From Octopus vulgaris (taxonomy: Eukaryota): DNA of 64,000 nucleotides. This document shows positions 1 through 13,092 of the stretch, one piece after another (within the stretch, counting starts at the first letter, position 1; the number at the start of each line of letters is the position of its first letter). Position numbers and translations under genes: made by a program. The DNA is taken from positions 27,838,001 to 27,902,000 of the forward strand of contig OX597838.1 in assembly GCA_951406725.2 (NCBI GenBank), written 5' to 3'. Under the pieces are notes generated by a model. The model made no database searches, was not told the origin of the DNA, and saw only the letters and a program-made list of their open reading frames with translations.

Positions 1-350
1 CACTTTCGTGCCCCATTTACCTCAAACACAATCACCCTCCTCAGAACATGCTCTTCGTCCTTCCTCAACACATGCCCATACCACCTCACTCCATTCGCCC
101 TTGCCAACCACTCCTCTGATTCCTCCAACCCCAGCATTCCCATAAAATCTTCACTCCTCCTCTTATCAAACAGCTTCACCCCACACATTCCTCTCACCAA
201 TGCTCTCTCATTCCTTCTCAAACTTACCCTCTCTCTCTCCACCTCAGACTCCATGCCTCACTCCCATTACAGTATTGCAGCTCTCACGCAACTATTATAG
301 ACCCTTGTTTACATCATTAATGAGAACCTTTTCCCATATAACAATGCTAG
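1..350 (-). mobile_element. RTE-clade LINE 3' fragment
   Basis: Minus-strand translation [21 protein letters not shown]; the same sequence recurs at ~53630-53677. Confidence 0.75.
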
Positions 351-720
351 GTAGGGGGGTCTCTGAAAGGGGTTGCAGGGAGTAGCATCCCTGCATTCCT
401 GAGATGGTTTTCCACCACATTACTTAAAAATCGTGGTAGAGGCACTGATCTCAGGACCAATCACGTCTAGAATCTGAGGTTGGTGGTAAGCAAGGGCATG
501 CTCCCCATAGAAAATCCAGCTCCAAGAAAGCCTCATAAATATATATATACACATATATATATATATATGTATATATATGCAGCACGAAGCTTTGTCAGTG
601 AACAGTTCGCGGTCTCAAAGCGATGAAAATATTTTAACAAATTAAATTTAAGTGTTGAAGTGAATCTAACGATTTTGTGTGTTTCTTAAATGGCTTATAA
701 ACACCTTCCACGCTGCAACT

Positions 721-801
<81 letters not shown>

Positions 802-2003
802 AATATAAATATATATATGTTTATATATATATATGTATGTATGTATGTATATATATAAATTTCTAAGTCTCTCAACATGTGGGGGTAATATAGAATTAAG
901 CATCTAGTTGGGTTAACTGGGATAACGTTGACTAAAGTATTTAGTAGGGTAAACTGGGGTAATGTAGAATTAAGTTTTTTTTTAAAAAGGTGAAAGGGTG
1001 AACTGGGGTAAGGTGAAATAAAGCATTTAGAAGGTGATCTGGGGTCAAGTTGTCTAAAGTGTTCAATTCGCTGAACTTGGGTAAAGTGGAATTAATGGGC
1101 TCCAGGAGCAGAAATGATAACAAATACACCAAACTGGAATTTGAATTCTTGATCTTTGTCCCCCGCTCCTCATGCAATAAGTTTAATATCTTAACCCACT
1201 CAGCTATCTGGTCTCCACTAAACTCCCCTCTAGAAAACCCTTTCCACTACTAAAAATATAAAGATAAAAAAATTTTCAAAAAGAAAAAAAAAGCATCAAT
1301 GAAGGCGATGATCGAAGGACTCCTTTGATGATAACATCCTTTGCTGTAAGCACACAGATTTGTTTTGTTTTATATCATCATCATCATCATCATCATTTAG
1401 CATCCGTTTTCCATGCTAGCATGGGTTGGACGGTTTAACTGGGGTCTGTGAAGCCAGAAGGCTTCATCAGGCCCAGTCAGATTTGGCAGTGTTTCTACGG
1501 CTGGATGCCCTTCCTAACGCCAACCACTCCGCGAGTATAGTGGGTGTTTTTTACGTGCCACCTGCACAGGTGCCAGACAGAGCTGGCACAACGGCCACGA
1601 ACGGATGGTGCTTTTACGTGTCACCGGCACGGGACCAGGCGATGCTGGCAACGGAGACAAACGGATGGTGCTTTTACGTGCCAGACAGAGCTGGCAAACG
1701 GCCATGAACGGACGGTGCTTTTACGTGTCACCGGCACGGGGGCCAGCCGAGGCTGGTAACGAACATGAACGGATGGTGCTTTTACGTCTTTTTACTTGTT
1801 TCAGTCATTTGACTGTGGCCATGCTGGAGCACCGCCTTTAGTCGAGCAAATCGACCCCAGGACTTATTATTTGTAAGCCTTGTACTTATACTATTGGTCC
1901 GTTCTGCCGAAATTCTAAGTTACAGGGGCATAAACACACCCGCATCAGTTATCATGCGATGTTGGGGGTACAAACACAGACACACAAACATATACACAGA
2001 TAC

Positions 2004-2063
<60 letters not shown>

Positions 2064-2270
2064 GACAGGCCTCTTTCAGTTTCTGTCTACCAAATCCACT
2101 CACAAGGCTTTCGTCGGCCCAAGGTGCCACGCAGTGGGACTGAACCTGGAACCATGTGATTGGTAAGCAAACTACTTATCACACAGCCACTCCTACGCCT
2201 ATAGATATCTTTATTTGATCATGAAGACACAGTTTTTGTTGTTAGCTTTCTTTTTCCTATAAGAAATCTG

Positions 2271-2315
<45 letters not shown>

Positions 2316-2439
2316 GCATGGAGGAGTAGTGTAAGTAGATAAAGTGAAGAAGGCACTCTGTTTTGTTTGTATATTTGTCTGTTTGCTTTTGTGTTTCTAA
2401 ATTTAGTTGTTCTTTTATCGTACAGAGGCCAGTGGTTAG

Positions 2440-2790
2440 TTGAGACTTGTTGTCATCCCTAATCTAAAAAGTTTCCATTATCATTATTATCATCGTTGTC
2501 ACCACCACCACTACCACCACCATCACCATCATCATCATTGTATGGTGACAGTGTGTTGTTGTCATCGTTGCCACCACCATCATCATCATCATCATTATTG
2601 TCAACAGTGGTGGAAGTGTTCTTGTAATCATTGCCATTCTTACCACTATCATCATCACCAGCATCAACATCACTGTTGACAGTAGTGTCATCTGGCATCT
2701 TCCTTGTTATCGTCATCATCATCGTCATCGGCACCACTGATGTCTTCATCATTATCATAGTTTCTCAGTGTGAAGTATGATGATGTTTGA
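2440..2790. repeat. Degenerate (CAT/CAC/TGT)n trinucleotide tract
   Basis: Direct inspection. Confidence 0.8.
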
Positions 2791-3451
2791 ATTTTAAAAA
2801 TTAGACACAGGTGTAGCTGTGTGGAAAGAAGATTGCCTCTCAACCACATGGTCCCAGGTTCAAATCCACTGTGTGACACCTTGGGCAAGTGTCTTTTACT
2901 ATAGCCTCAGGCCAACCAAAGCCTTGTGAGTGGATTTGATAGACAGAAACTGAAAGAAGCTTGGCTGTGTAGTAAGTAGCTTGCTTATCAACCACATGGT
3001 TCTGGGTTCAGTCCCACTGTGTGACAACTTGGGCAAGTGTCTTCTACTATAGCCTCGGGCCAACCAAAGCCTTGTGAGTGGATTTGGTAGACAGAAACTG
3101 AAAGAAGCTTGGCTGTGTGGTAAGTAGCTTGCTTATGAACCACATGGTTCTGGGTTCAGTCCCACTGCGTGGCACCTTGGGTAAGTGTCTTCTACTATAG
3201 CCTTGGGCCAACCAAAGCCTTGTGAGTGGATTTGGTAGAGGGAAACTGAAAGAAGCCCGTCATATATATGTATATGTATATATGTGTGTGTCTGTGTTTG
3301 TCCCCCCCCCCCCAACATCGCTTGACAACCGATGCTGGTGTGTTTACGTCCCCGTAACTTAGTACTCATTGTCTCCCATCCTCTCTCTGTCTCTCTCTCT
3401 CTTTCTCTCTGTCTATCTATCTATCTAGCTAGCTAGCTGTCAGTCTGTCTG

Positions 3452-3492
<41 letters not shown>

Positions 3493-3767
3493 ACATATGT
3501 GTCCCTCTATTTATCTGTCACTTTCTGCCATTGTCTCTCTCTCTCTCTCTCTTTCTCTCTCCCTCCCTCCCTCTCTTCCTCCCTTTCCTCATCTCCCACC
3601 CCACCCCACACCCCTTGCCCACAATCAATTGTCACGCCAGTAGTAGCAGAGGCATGGAGGTGGGGACAGGGGAGAGATGAAATTATCACTGCATTGTTTT
3701 TTTTGTTTATTACATGTTGATATTGTTGTTGCAAGAGGAAGAAAGAAGAAAGAGAAAAACAGCATTT

Positions 3768-3805
<38 letters not shown>

Positions 3806-4081
3806 TGCATGCATGCGCTTACACATGCATACACCCTGGCTTTCGAACATTGAGCTTTTGTCGAATGTGCTTATCGTAAGATAAAGGACAAACATGGCTG
3901 AATGTCTACAACGTCGTTAATTAGTGGAGTGGGTGGCGGGATGAGTTAGCGAAGTGATAACCGTTTTATAGTCCTGTTTTGGTTGTGTGTCTACAGGCTC
4001 GGCTGTCTGTTCATGTGGAAACAGTAACAGACACGCATACATGTGTACATATATGCTTGTGAGCATGTGTGTGCGTGTATA

Positions 4082-4117
<36 letters not shown>

Positions 4118-4539
4118 CTTTATTTAAAGCAGCAGAAAATTCAACAAAACCTGTTACTCTGAGTTTCCCGTTGCCGTTCATCGGACAGTTTTTGCTAGAA
4201 AAAACTGTCCGATGAACGGCAACGGGAAACTCAGAGTAACAGGTTTTGTTGAATTTTCTGCTGCTTTAAATAAAGCATATTACTCTACCACTGGTATTTG
4301 AGTACTCTTTTCTCCACCTTGTTTCACATTTATGTGTTTACACCGGTATACATATATATATATCATCATTATCATCATCATCATGATATATATATATATA
4401 TATATATACCGGAGTAAACACATAAATGTGAAACAAGGTGGAAAAAAGAGTACTCAAATACCAGTGGTAGAGTAATATGCTTTATTTAAAGCAGCAGAAA
4501 ATTCAACAAAACCTGTTACTCTGAGGTTCCCGTTGCCGT

Positions 4540-4540
<1 letters not shown>
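4118..4540. repeat. Penelope-like inverted repeat cluster with minimal hammerhead-like motifs
   Basis: ~76-bp-arm palindrome 4118-4275, plus inverted copy 4405-4540. Confidence 0.6.
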
Positions 4541-4636
<96 letters not shown>

Positions 4637-4749
4637 AATAATAATAAAGGGAAAATTAATTAATTAATTAGTAATTAATAATTTTACCAAGCAGTGTTCA
4701 GTATGTAAAAGGACCATTTACGGTAAAACTTAAACATTACTTTATATAG

Positions 4750-5010
4750 TTAGGGTTCAGCAAAAAAATTGCTTTACCACATACCGAACTTTTAGAAATA
4801 GCAGCCAAAGAATTTAGCTATTTCTTCTACTATAAGAAGAGTCTCCCAGATAATGTATACTCAAAAACAATTCCCTCTATGCCTACGTGAATTGTTTTTG
4901 AGTATACATTGTCTGGGAGACTCTTCTCATAGTAGAAGAAATATATATTCGTTGGCTGCTATTTCTAAAAGTTCGGTATGTGGTAAAGCAATTTTTTTGC
5001 TGAAGCCTAA
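4750..5010. repeat. Long imperfect palindrome (~125-bp arms); related palindrome at 35068-35185
   Basis: Arms share GAAATAGCAGCCAAA / TTGGCTGCTATTTC. Confidence 0.75.
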
Positions 5011-5191
5011 TTATAATATGTGTGTGTGTGTGCGTGTGTAATATAAATAATATATAAATATATGTATATATACATACATATATATGTATATATACATGCG
5101 CATATGTGTACAGGACATCAAAAAAACGTTGAACACAATGAGAAATGAAAACATAAAAACAAAAACATAGAACCTAACTTTTTTCGAACAA

Positions 5192-5271
<80 letters not shown>

Positions 5272-5394
5272 TTGCATGTGTGTGTGTATACATGCACACA
5301 CACATATACATACATACAAACACACACATACATATATAGTTGCATGTGCATGTATGTATATATATGTGTGTGTGTATGTGTGTGTATATAAGGA

Positions 5395-5781
5395 GGGTGT
5401 AAATATTCAGAAGGTTGGCTGCAAAAATTTAAGAAGTGTCATGGTGTGAAATATTTGAAAATCTGTTGGGAAAAAGCTTCTGCTGATTGTGGAAAATTAG
5501 ATAGATGAATTTGCCAAGATCATATCTAATGAAAACCTTTTCTCCTGAACAAATTTGCAATGGTGATGAAACAGCCTTGTACTGGCACTACGTTCCAAGA
5601 AAAATTTTAACAGGCATAGGAGTGGCTGTGTGGTAAGTAGCTTGCCTACCAACCACATGGTTCTGGGTTCAGTCCCACTGCGTGGCAACTTGGGCAAGTG
5701 TCTTCTACTATAGCTTCGGGCCGACCAAAGCCTTGTGAGTGGATTTGGTAGATGGAAACTGAAAGAAGGCCGTCGTATATG

Positions 5782-5814
<33 letters not shown>

Positions 5815-6335
5815 TTGTGTGTCTGTGTTTGTCCCCCCAACATCGGTTGACAACCGATGCTGGTGTGTTTACATCCCCATAACTTAGCGGTTCAGCAAAA
5901 GAGACCGATAGAGTAAGTACTAAGCTTACAAAGAATAAGTCCTGGGGTCGATTTGCGCGACTAAAAGGTGGTGCTCCAGCATGGCTGCAGTCAAATGACT
6001 GAAACGAGTAAAAGAGTAAAGGGAGTAAGAATAATGACAGATGAGATAGCACCATCAGGTTTTAAGGATGCTAAGGAAAGGTTAACTATTCTTGGATGTG
6101 TTAATGCTGCAGTAAGTTAGCAGTCATTGAAAGAAGTCAATGTCCGAGATGTCTGAACAGCAGAGTTAATTTACCTGCGCATTATTACACAAACAAGAAA
6201 GCATAGGTAACCTAAGAAATATTTTCTCACTGGTTTAATAATCATTTTGTACCAGTGGCATGAGCTCATTGCAGGCAAGCTGAGCTGGAGGAAAACTGTA
6301 AAATTCTATTGTTCTTGGACAACTGCTCTGCAGAA
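5395..6335 (+). mobile_element. Tigger/pogo (Jerky-like) DDE transposase remnant, split by a SINE at 5613-6027
   Basis: GWLQKFKKCHG, ICNGDETALYW, GFKDAKERLTILGCVNAA, ILLFLDNCSA; stops present. Confidence 0.85.
5613..6027 (+). mobile_element. tRNA-derived SINE family 1, representative copy (others ~1785-2200, 2805-3365, 22381-22766, 37855-38370, 44538-44940, 56090-56490, 63650-63986)
   Basis: A/B-box-like head (TGGCTGTGTGG...GGTTCAGTCCC), CCTTGGGCAAGT core, internal TA/CA microsatellite, (GTAAAAGA) tail; many dispersed copies. Confidence 0.85.
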
Positions 6336-6364
6336 GAGTATGACCATCATTGACAAATTATCTC

Positions 6365-7160
6365 TCTATATATAAACGGCAGTTTGTCTGTCTGTGTGTC
6401 TGTCAGGTTGTACCCTCACCCTGACCACGGCTTTTAACCGATTCTGATGAAACTTGACACACACGTAGCCCAGTGTCATAATTCAAAACTAACGCAGCGA
6501 AAATTTTGAAAAGTTCCCCCAGTTCTGAAAAAAAATCGATAAATTCGATATGGGTCGAGAATCTAAGCATTTTATATGCAACACATTTTCTACAGACTGT
6601 CTAGGGGATGCAACTCGACCTTTTTAACTCTCGGAACACGTGGGGTAAGTATCCCAAAATGTATAAAAATGTACAAAAACGGCAAAAAAAGCGGGCAGCA
6701 ATGTGAGTGACAACAACGAAAAAGTCAAAAGTGACCAAACTGAACAAACGAATGGAAAAGGTTTTTTGATGCACACGACAAAAGCGGTTTATAATAGACC
6801 AAGAGTTTGCAAGTAGCGTCCGAGGACCCTTAGGGTACATCAAAAATTTAAGGTAAAACGTTTGGGGTGGTAGTTATAAAGAAAGTGTAAACAAAAAAAG
6901 TATTCGAATAACTTGCGGCTGCAGCAGCTATTAGCAGAAGTGGTGGTGTTGGGGGTAAAGTCTCGAATGTAATTTCTTCCTGGTAGGAATTGGTTGAGTT
7001 GAATTATCGATAGCTGTTTGATAGTTATTTGGGAGTGAAGAGAAGACATTGCAACCTACACATGCGCCTTTGTTCCCTAGAGGGAAAGGACTAGATTGGG
7101 ATTAGTCGTTGCCTACTAGGGGCTCTTACATACCCGGGCAACGCCGGGCTATGCTGCTAG
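6365..7160 (+). mobile_element. Non-autonomous Helitron-like element
   Basis: 5' TCTATATATAAA, 3' hairpin CCCGGGCAACGCCGGG then CTAG. Confidence 0.75.
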
Positions 7161-8006
7161 TCTTATCATAAATGTCAGCAATGTCCACACAAAAATTACA
7201 TATATACCTAAGTACAAACATACACATATATAAAACACTTCAAATAAATATCATTCCATCTTCAATATTAACTCTTTCAAGAGCTCTTAATTTGTAAATC
7301 ACAGATTCTGCATAGAACCTCTTCAACATTAATCACACACAAAAAAAAACAAAGACAAAACATCACATTGTGCACAAATGCCAACAGTAGTTCTTGCAAA
7401 TGTAACAATTCACATATTTGCCCACAACAATTTAATGCTTCAGGAAATACAAAGTTTACTCCACTAAAGGTATTGCCTAAATAAAATTATTGAGAGTAAA
7501 ACTAGGTAAGTCTTACCACAAATAAATTTAAAACTTGCCTTACCCAACTCCTACAAACATTCACAAATTCCAGTAAAACAACAGATACTACTCTAGCTAA
7601 CCATGTCTGGACTTTAAAAGACTCAAACACATTATTCTGCATCATTTGGGAATTATGAGAAAATTCAGCACCATCTGCATCTCAACATGTACAATGTTCA
7701 CAATTGAAATGCAGGGTTAATCTCTGAAAAACTCATTTCTCATACAAAACTAAACATACCATCATTAATAACACAAAAAACGACACCTTAAACACACATA
7801 AACACCTATCACTACGTGGGTAGACAGAATACTCCATCCATTTACCCAGATATCTATATGTCTATTTAGGTGTTTGTAATTCTAGCCACACCCAACAACT
7901 AGTAAATGTATTTGTACATCTTTATGGATACAGCCAGATATGTTCTACCCCTTACCTCTAGCCCTGTATATATGTACATATATACATATATATATATATA
8001 CATGTA

Positions 8007-8046
<40 letters not shown>

Positions 8047-8274
8047 CAAACAGACACCAAAGAGACTGATGTTGGTTTGTGGAGGCAAGACTTGTATTTT
8101 TTAGCACTGAACCTTTTTTTATTGATTTTGCTGTTTGTGTATGTATGTATACATGAACACACATCACACATATATATCTATATATAAATGTGTGTGTGTG
8201 TGTGTGTAACATCCATTTGAATTACTCTTTTCCTCATTTTAACAATTATACATGCATGCGTACGTACATACGTA

Positions 8275-8498
8275 CGAGGGAGTGCTGAAAACTCCCTGGC
8301 TTTGGATAAAAGACAATGCAGAAGGATCAGTTAATTATGATTTTGATTCAGCATAGTCCCCACCTTTCTCAGATTCATGCACTTACTGCAGTGGTCCTTC
8401 AGTTTTTCTAAACCCTGTAAAAGAACCTGGAGGTTGGGCCTCCAACTAGGCTTTCTGTAAAACCCTTAAAGCCAGGAACTTTTCCAGCACCCCCCTCG
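8275..8498. mobile_element. Mariner-type MITE (CGAGGG...CCCTCG, TA TSD); related copies at ~39425-39537 and 60212-60647
   Basis: Terminal inverted repeats flanked by TA. Confidence 0.75.
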
Positions 8499-8596
8499 TA
8501 CATATACATACTTATATACTGGGATCCTTGGCAAGCTGAGAGAGAAGAAAGATGTTATATGTAAAGAAGCAGTTTATAGGAAGAACACCCAAGAGG

Positions 8597-8655
<59 letters not shown>

Positions 8656-9164
8656 TATTGCGGTTGGTATACTGGTATTCCATCAGTTACATCAATGAGG
8701 GTTCCAGTTGATCCAATCATTGGAACAGCCTGGTTGTGGAATTAACATGCAACTGGCTGAGCACTCCACAGACACGTGTACCCTTAACGTAGTTCTCAGG
8801 GAGATTCAGTGAGACACAGAGTGTGACAAGGCTGGCCCTTTCGAATTACAGGTACCACTCATTTTTGCCAGCTGAGTGGACTGCAGCAACATGAAATGAG
8901 GACACAGCACACTGCCAGGAATTGAACTTATGACCTTACAAATGCAAGCCAGATATGCCAACCACTAAGCCATGCACCTTCACTGTTGTTGATACAGTGA
9001 GAAAAACACAAAATAAAAATAGTAAATTTTGTTAGCTTGCTTACCAACCACATGGTTCTGGGTTCAGTCTCACTACATAGTACCTAGGGCAAGTGTCTTC
9101 TATAGCCTTGGGCCAACCAAAGCCCTGTGAGTGGATTTTGGTAGACAGAAACTGAAAGAAGCCC

Positions 9165-9202
<38 letters not shown>

Positions 9203-9520
9203 GTGAAGGCACATGGCTTAGTGGTTAGAGCGTCAAGCTTATGATTGTGAGATTGTGATTTCAAATCCGGGACTGGGCTGTGTGTTGTGTTCTTGAGCAA
9301 GACACTTTATTTCACGTTGCTTCCAGTTCACTCAGCTGTAGAAATGAGTTGCGATGTCACAGGTGCCAAGCTGTATTGGCCCCTTTGCCTTTCCCTTGGA
9401 TAACATTGGTGGCATGGAGAGGGGAGGCCGGTATGCATGGGCGACTGCTGGTCTTCCATAAACAAACCTACCCAGACTTGTGCCTGAGAAGGTAGCTTTC
9501 TAGGTGCAATCCCATGGTCC
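9203..9520 (+). mobile_element. tRNA-derived SINE family 5 (others ~8680-8982, 34738-35030, 43770-43912, 45600-45915, 54360-54657)
   Basis: Head TGGCTTAGTGGTTAGAGCG, CTTGAGCAAGACACT core, multiple copies. Confidence 0.75.
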
Positions 9521-10127
9521 CATACTACTATGTTTTAGTAGTATGGAGTGCATTCTGTGTTAACATATATTTCTGTGATAGGTTATTTTAGATAACAACA
9601 ACCAACCATTTATTTATATATATTTCTTTACTACCCACTAGGGGCTAAACATAGAGGGGACAAACAAGAACAGACAAAGGGATTAAGTCGATTACATCGA
9701 CCCCAGTGCGAAACTGGTACTTTATTTATCGACCCCGGAAGGATGAAAGGCAAAGTTGACCACGGCGGAATTTGAACTCAGAACGTAACGACAGACGAAA
9801 TACCTATTTCTTTACTGCCCACAAGGGGCTAAACACAGAGAGGACAAACAAAGGGATTAAGTCGATTACATCGACCCCAGTGCGAAACTGGTACTTTATT
9901 TATCGACCCCGAAAGGATAAAAGGCAAAGTCGACCTCAACGGAATTTAAACTCAGAACGTAACAACAGACGAAATACCGCCAAGCATTTCACCCGGTGTG
10001 CTAACGTTTCCGCCAGCTTGCCGCCAACTATTTATTTATATAATACCATTTTACACCAGACATGTATCCCCACATCATAACAATAAGCAACATCAACAAT
10101 GGTTGAAGTTTAATAACAGAAACATAT

Positions 10128-10520
10128 TTAATAGTAATCTTCAAAGGTCATGAATCCGTGTCGGTTATGTTGGTGTGTAATACCATGGGTTGCATTTCGC
10201 TGCAAGGGACCAAACGCAGTCAACACAGGTAAACGGTATGACGAGGTCATGTAGTTTGAATGGCTGTAGAAGTTATCTGGAACTTTCACAATCCTGTTCA
10301 GGGCTCGTGCTCGAAGAGTCTCCGTCTCAGGCTTGTTGTTGACATAGAAACTTTTGTTGACAGGCCAGTCTTTGCCCTCTTTTGTCCATTCACCCACAGA
10401 TGACACGCCCACCTGGAAATTGTTGGGTGTCCAGCAAATATCAGGTGCAACGTGACGTGGCCTCATTTCGTCTTTCTTCAGGTGAGGGTCATTGAAGTCA
10501 TGCCATTTATCCATCCATAT
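10128..10520 (-). CDS. Uncharacterised gene A, last coding exon (IWMDKWHDF...GFMTFEDYY*)
   Basis: 130-codon non-repetitive open frame after a ttgcag acceptor, TAA stop, AATAAA at ~10031-10036; assembled protein 182 aa. Confidence 0.78.
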   Translation of the reverse strand: MWMDKWHDFNDPHLKKDEMRPRHVAPDICWTPNNFQVGVSSVGEWTKEGKDWPVNKSFYVNNKPETETLRARALNRIVKVPDNFYSHSNYMTSSYRLPVLTAFGPLQRNATHGITHQHNRHGFMTFEDYY

Positions 10521-10569
10521 CTGCAAATAATTATTATCATTATCAACATAATCAACACTATTATTATTA

Positions 10570-11127
10570 TTATTGAGTGAGAGAGCAGTGCATGCCATCA
10601 AAGTGACACTGTGGTAAAATATACGAAGCCCATTACACCCATCATGACTACCCGTCTGATAAGGGCACACCAGGCACATGCATCACAACCATATGTGCGC
10701 GACATGGTGATCTCATATCAAGATGAACAGCACATGACCTTGCAGGTGGGGCCCAGGCAGGATTTTCTTCTTGTCGAGTAATCCATCCCACTCAAAAGGT
10801 CCCTGAATAAGGATTGTTTAAGGATGTTGAACGAACCACCCATGTTTCCAAAGGTGAATTATCCAAACCTCTAAGAATTCCTTTCAACACACGGCTATGA
10901 TGCTCCCCCACTACTTCTGCTTGTGATCAGAGATGCACATATCGCCAGCCACTAAGGGACATGCTCAACTGGTTAAGGTCAAGCAACTGACGAGCAAATC
11001 TGTGGTATTGAGCAGAATATTTGCTGTAGCCTATCTTTTATACCAAGACAAAACAATGTACATGATAACACTTCCAATCAGTTAAGATCAGCAGCCATGA
11101 GAGCCACTGCCTGGTACTGCATCGGGG

Positions 11128-11130
<3 letters not shown>
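10570..11130 (-). mobile_element. SINE/retroposon-like insertion bounded by (TAA)n, just upstream of gene A last exon
   Basis: GC-richer ~560-bp block between TAA microsatellites; single copy in the window, so family unconfirmed. Confidence 0.4.
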
Positions 11131-11172
<42 letters not shown>

Positions 11173-12254
11173 TGTTATTAAGGCAGTGAGTTGGCAGAGT
11201 CGTTAGCACACCAGGTGAAATGTTTAGGGGTATTTCCTCTGCCGCTACATTCTCAGTTCAAATTCTGCGAAGGTCAACTTTTCCTGTCATCCTTTTGGGG
11301 TTGATAAATTAAGTATCAGTGAAACACTGGGAGTCAATGTAGTCAGCTAGTCTCCTCCCCACAAATTCCAGGCCTTGTGCTTTTAGAAGAAAGGATTATT
11401 ATTATTATTATTATTAAGGCAGCAAAGTGACAGAATTGTTAGTGTGCCACACAAAAAGGCTGAGTGGCATTTCATCCATCTTCACATTCTGAGTTCAAAT
11501 TTCACTGAGGTCAACTATGCCTGTTATTCTTTCGAGGTCGATAAAATAAATTACCAGTTGTGCACTGGAGTTGATATAATCAACTTGCTTTCTCCCATCA
11601 AATTTGCTGCCAAAACTTGAAAGTAGTAGTAGTAGTAGTGGCAGTGGTGGTAGTGGCAGCAGCAGCAGCCGTCCAAGAATTTGAACCTGGAGATCTCCAT
11701 TTCCAGCGACTTCGAGGGCCAGCTCCCAGTGGTGTTGGGCGTCAATGAAGAGCCCTCTCGACTACAACAAGACGACCAAAGTTTTTTTTTTCCAAGGTCT
11801 GGTGTCTCCCACCCCTAAACCCTAGACCATCACCTAATCACCCTTACCCGTCTTGTTGCTTTGCAACAACAACAACAACAGCAGCAATAGTAAGGTGGCA
11901 AAAGTGAGAATTGTTAGCATGCCATCTTAGTGTGTGTGTGTGTGTGTTAGTATCTAATTGAGGAATGATTACTCAATAGTTGGAAGTACAGTGTAAACAT
12001 TTACTATATCAACATCTCTTCATACCGGTACCCAAGGTTTCCTGCCAGCAGAGTTAAACTACTGATATTCCTTCAGTCAGCAAATGATGTGACTGTAAAC
12101 CAACAGAAACAAAAAAATATTGTAGCTTTATTCGCTGCTAAATAATAAAGATTTCGTGCATAGATGCAAGGTTTTCAAAGGAGATGGGGTTTTAATCCAT
12201 TACATAATTCATTTGATAAGACTAAAAGCAAAGATTAGAAACTGCAATATTTAC

Positions 12255-12306
12255 TTGGTATGAGTTCTTGGAATTTGAGCCTGTGAATTTCTTTGGTCGA
12301 AATGGA
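12255..12306 (-). CDS. Uncharacterised gene A, coding exon 2 (SPFRPKKFTGSNSKNSYQ)
   Basis: 52 nt, ttttcag acceptor, CAA|gtaaat donor; converts phase 2 to phase 0, exactly as needed to join exons 1 and 3 in frame. Confidence 0.7.
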
Positions 12307-12573
12307 CTGAAAACGTTAAGAAATTGAATGTTGAGGATGAAACGAGGAAATCCAATAGGAAGAAGGATGTGAAACTTATTTTATAATATTTGCAATCAAC
12401 AGACAGATAGATACATAGACAGACATAGAGATGCATGCGTACATATTTAGATACATAAGTAAATAGGCAGATAAACAGTTAAATAGATATTTTCTGTTTT
12501 GATACAAGATAATCTTTCCTGCATGCAAAACACACACACATACATACACACATGTTTGTTCATATATATACAA

Positions 12574-12620
<47 letters not shown>

Positions 12621-12654
12621 TATATATACATTTTATATATATCATATACACATT

Positions 12655-12685
<31 letters not shown>

Positions 12686-12750
12686 CACATACATATTTTA
12701 TGTATATATATATATCACATACACATTTTATGTATATATATATATCACAT

Positions 12751-12800
<50 letters not shown>

Positions 12801-12988
12801 TAGATATATATATGTATGCATGCACACATAATATATATATTGAGAAAGAAGGAGAAAAAGAGACAAGTGAGAAGTGAGAGATGCATACTTCCCTATACAA
12901 AACATGCACGGTGATATAAAAATGAGGAAGAGAAAATATTAGAGGAATATCAACCAAGATATAATTAGAAGTGGTTTTATTTCTTCAC

Positions 12989-13092
12989 CTTAACATTTCC
13001 TCCACTGTAATATATCTTGGTACGAGGGGCGGCAGATTTCTCCAGTACGGAATCCGTCGGGATGTATTGCTATGAAACAGTGTATTAGCCAT
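12989..13092 (-). CDS. Uncharacterised gene A, coding exon 1 (MANTLFHSNTSRRIPYWRNLPPLVPRYITVEEML)
   Basis: Acceptor ttttttgcag at 13100-01, ATG 7 nt downstream, donor AG|gtgaag phase 2; unique GC-richer island in AT-rich DNA. Confidence 0.7.

Noticed and set aside
2440-2758. Poly-His/Cys and poly-Asp ORFs
   Set aside because: Translations of a degenerate trinucleotide microsatellite; no splice or homology support.
9203-9280. tRNA-like sequences at SINE heads
   Set aside because: No complete cloverleaf; they continue into SINE bodies in many copies, so not called as tRNA genes.
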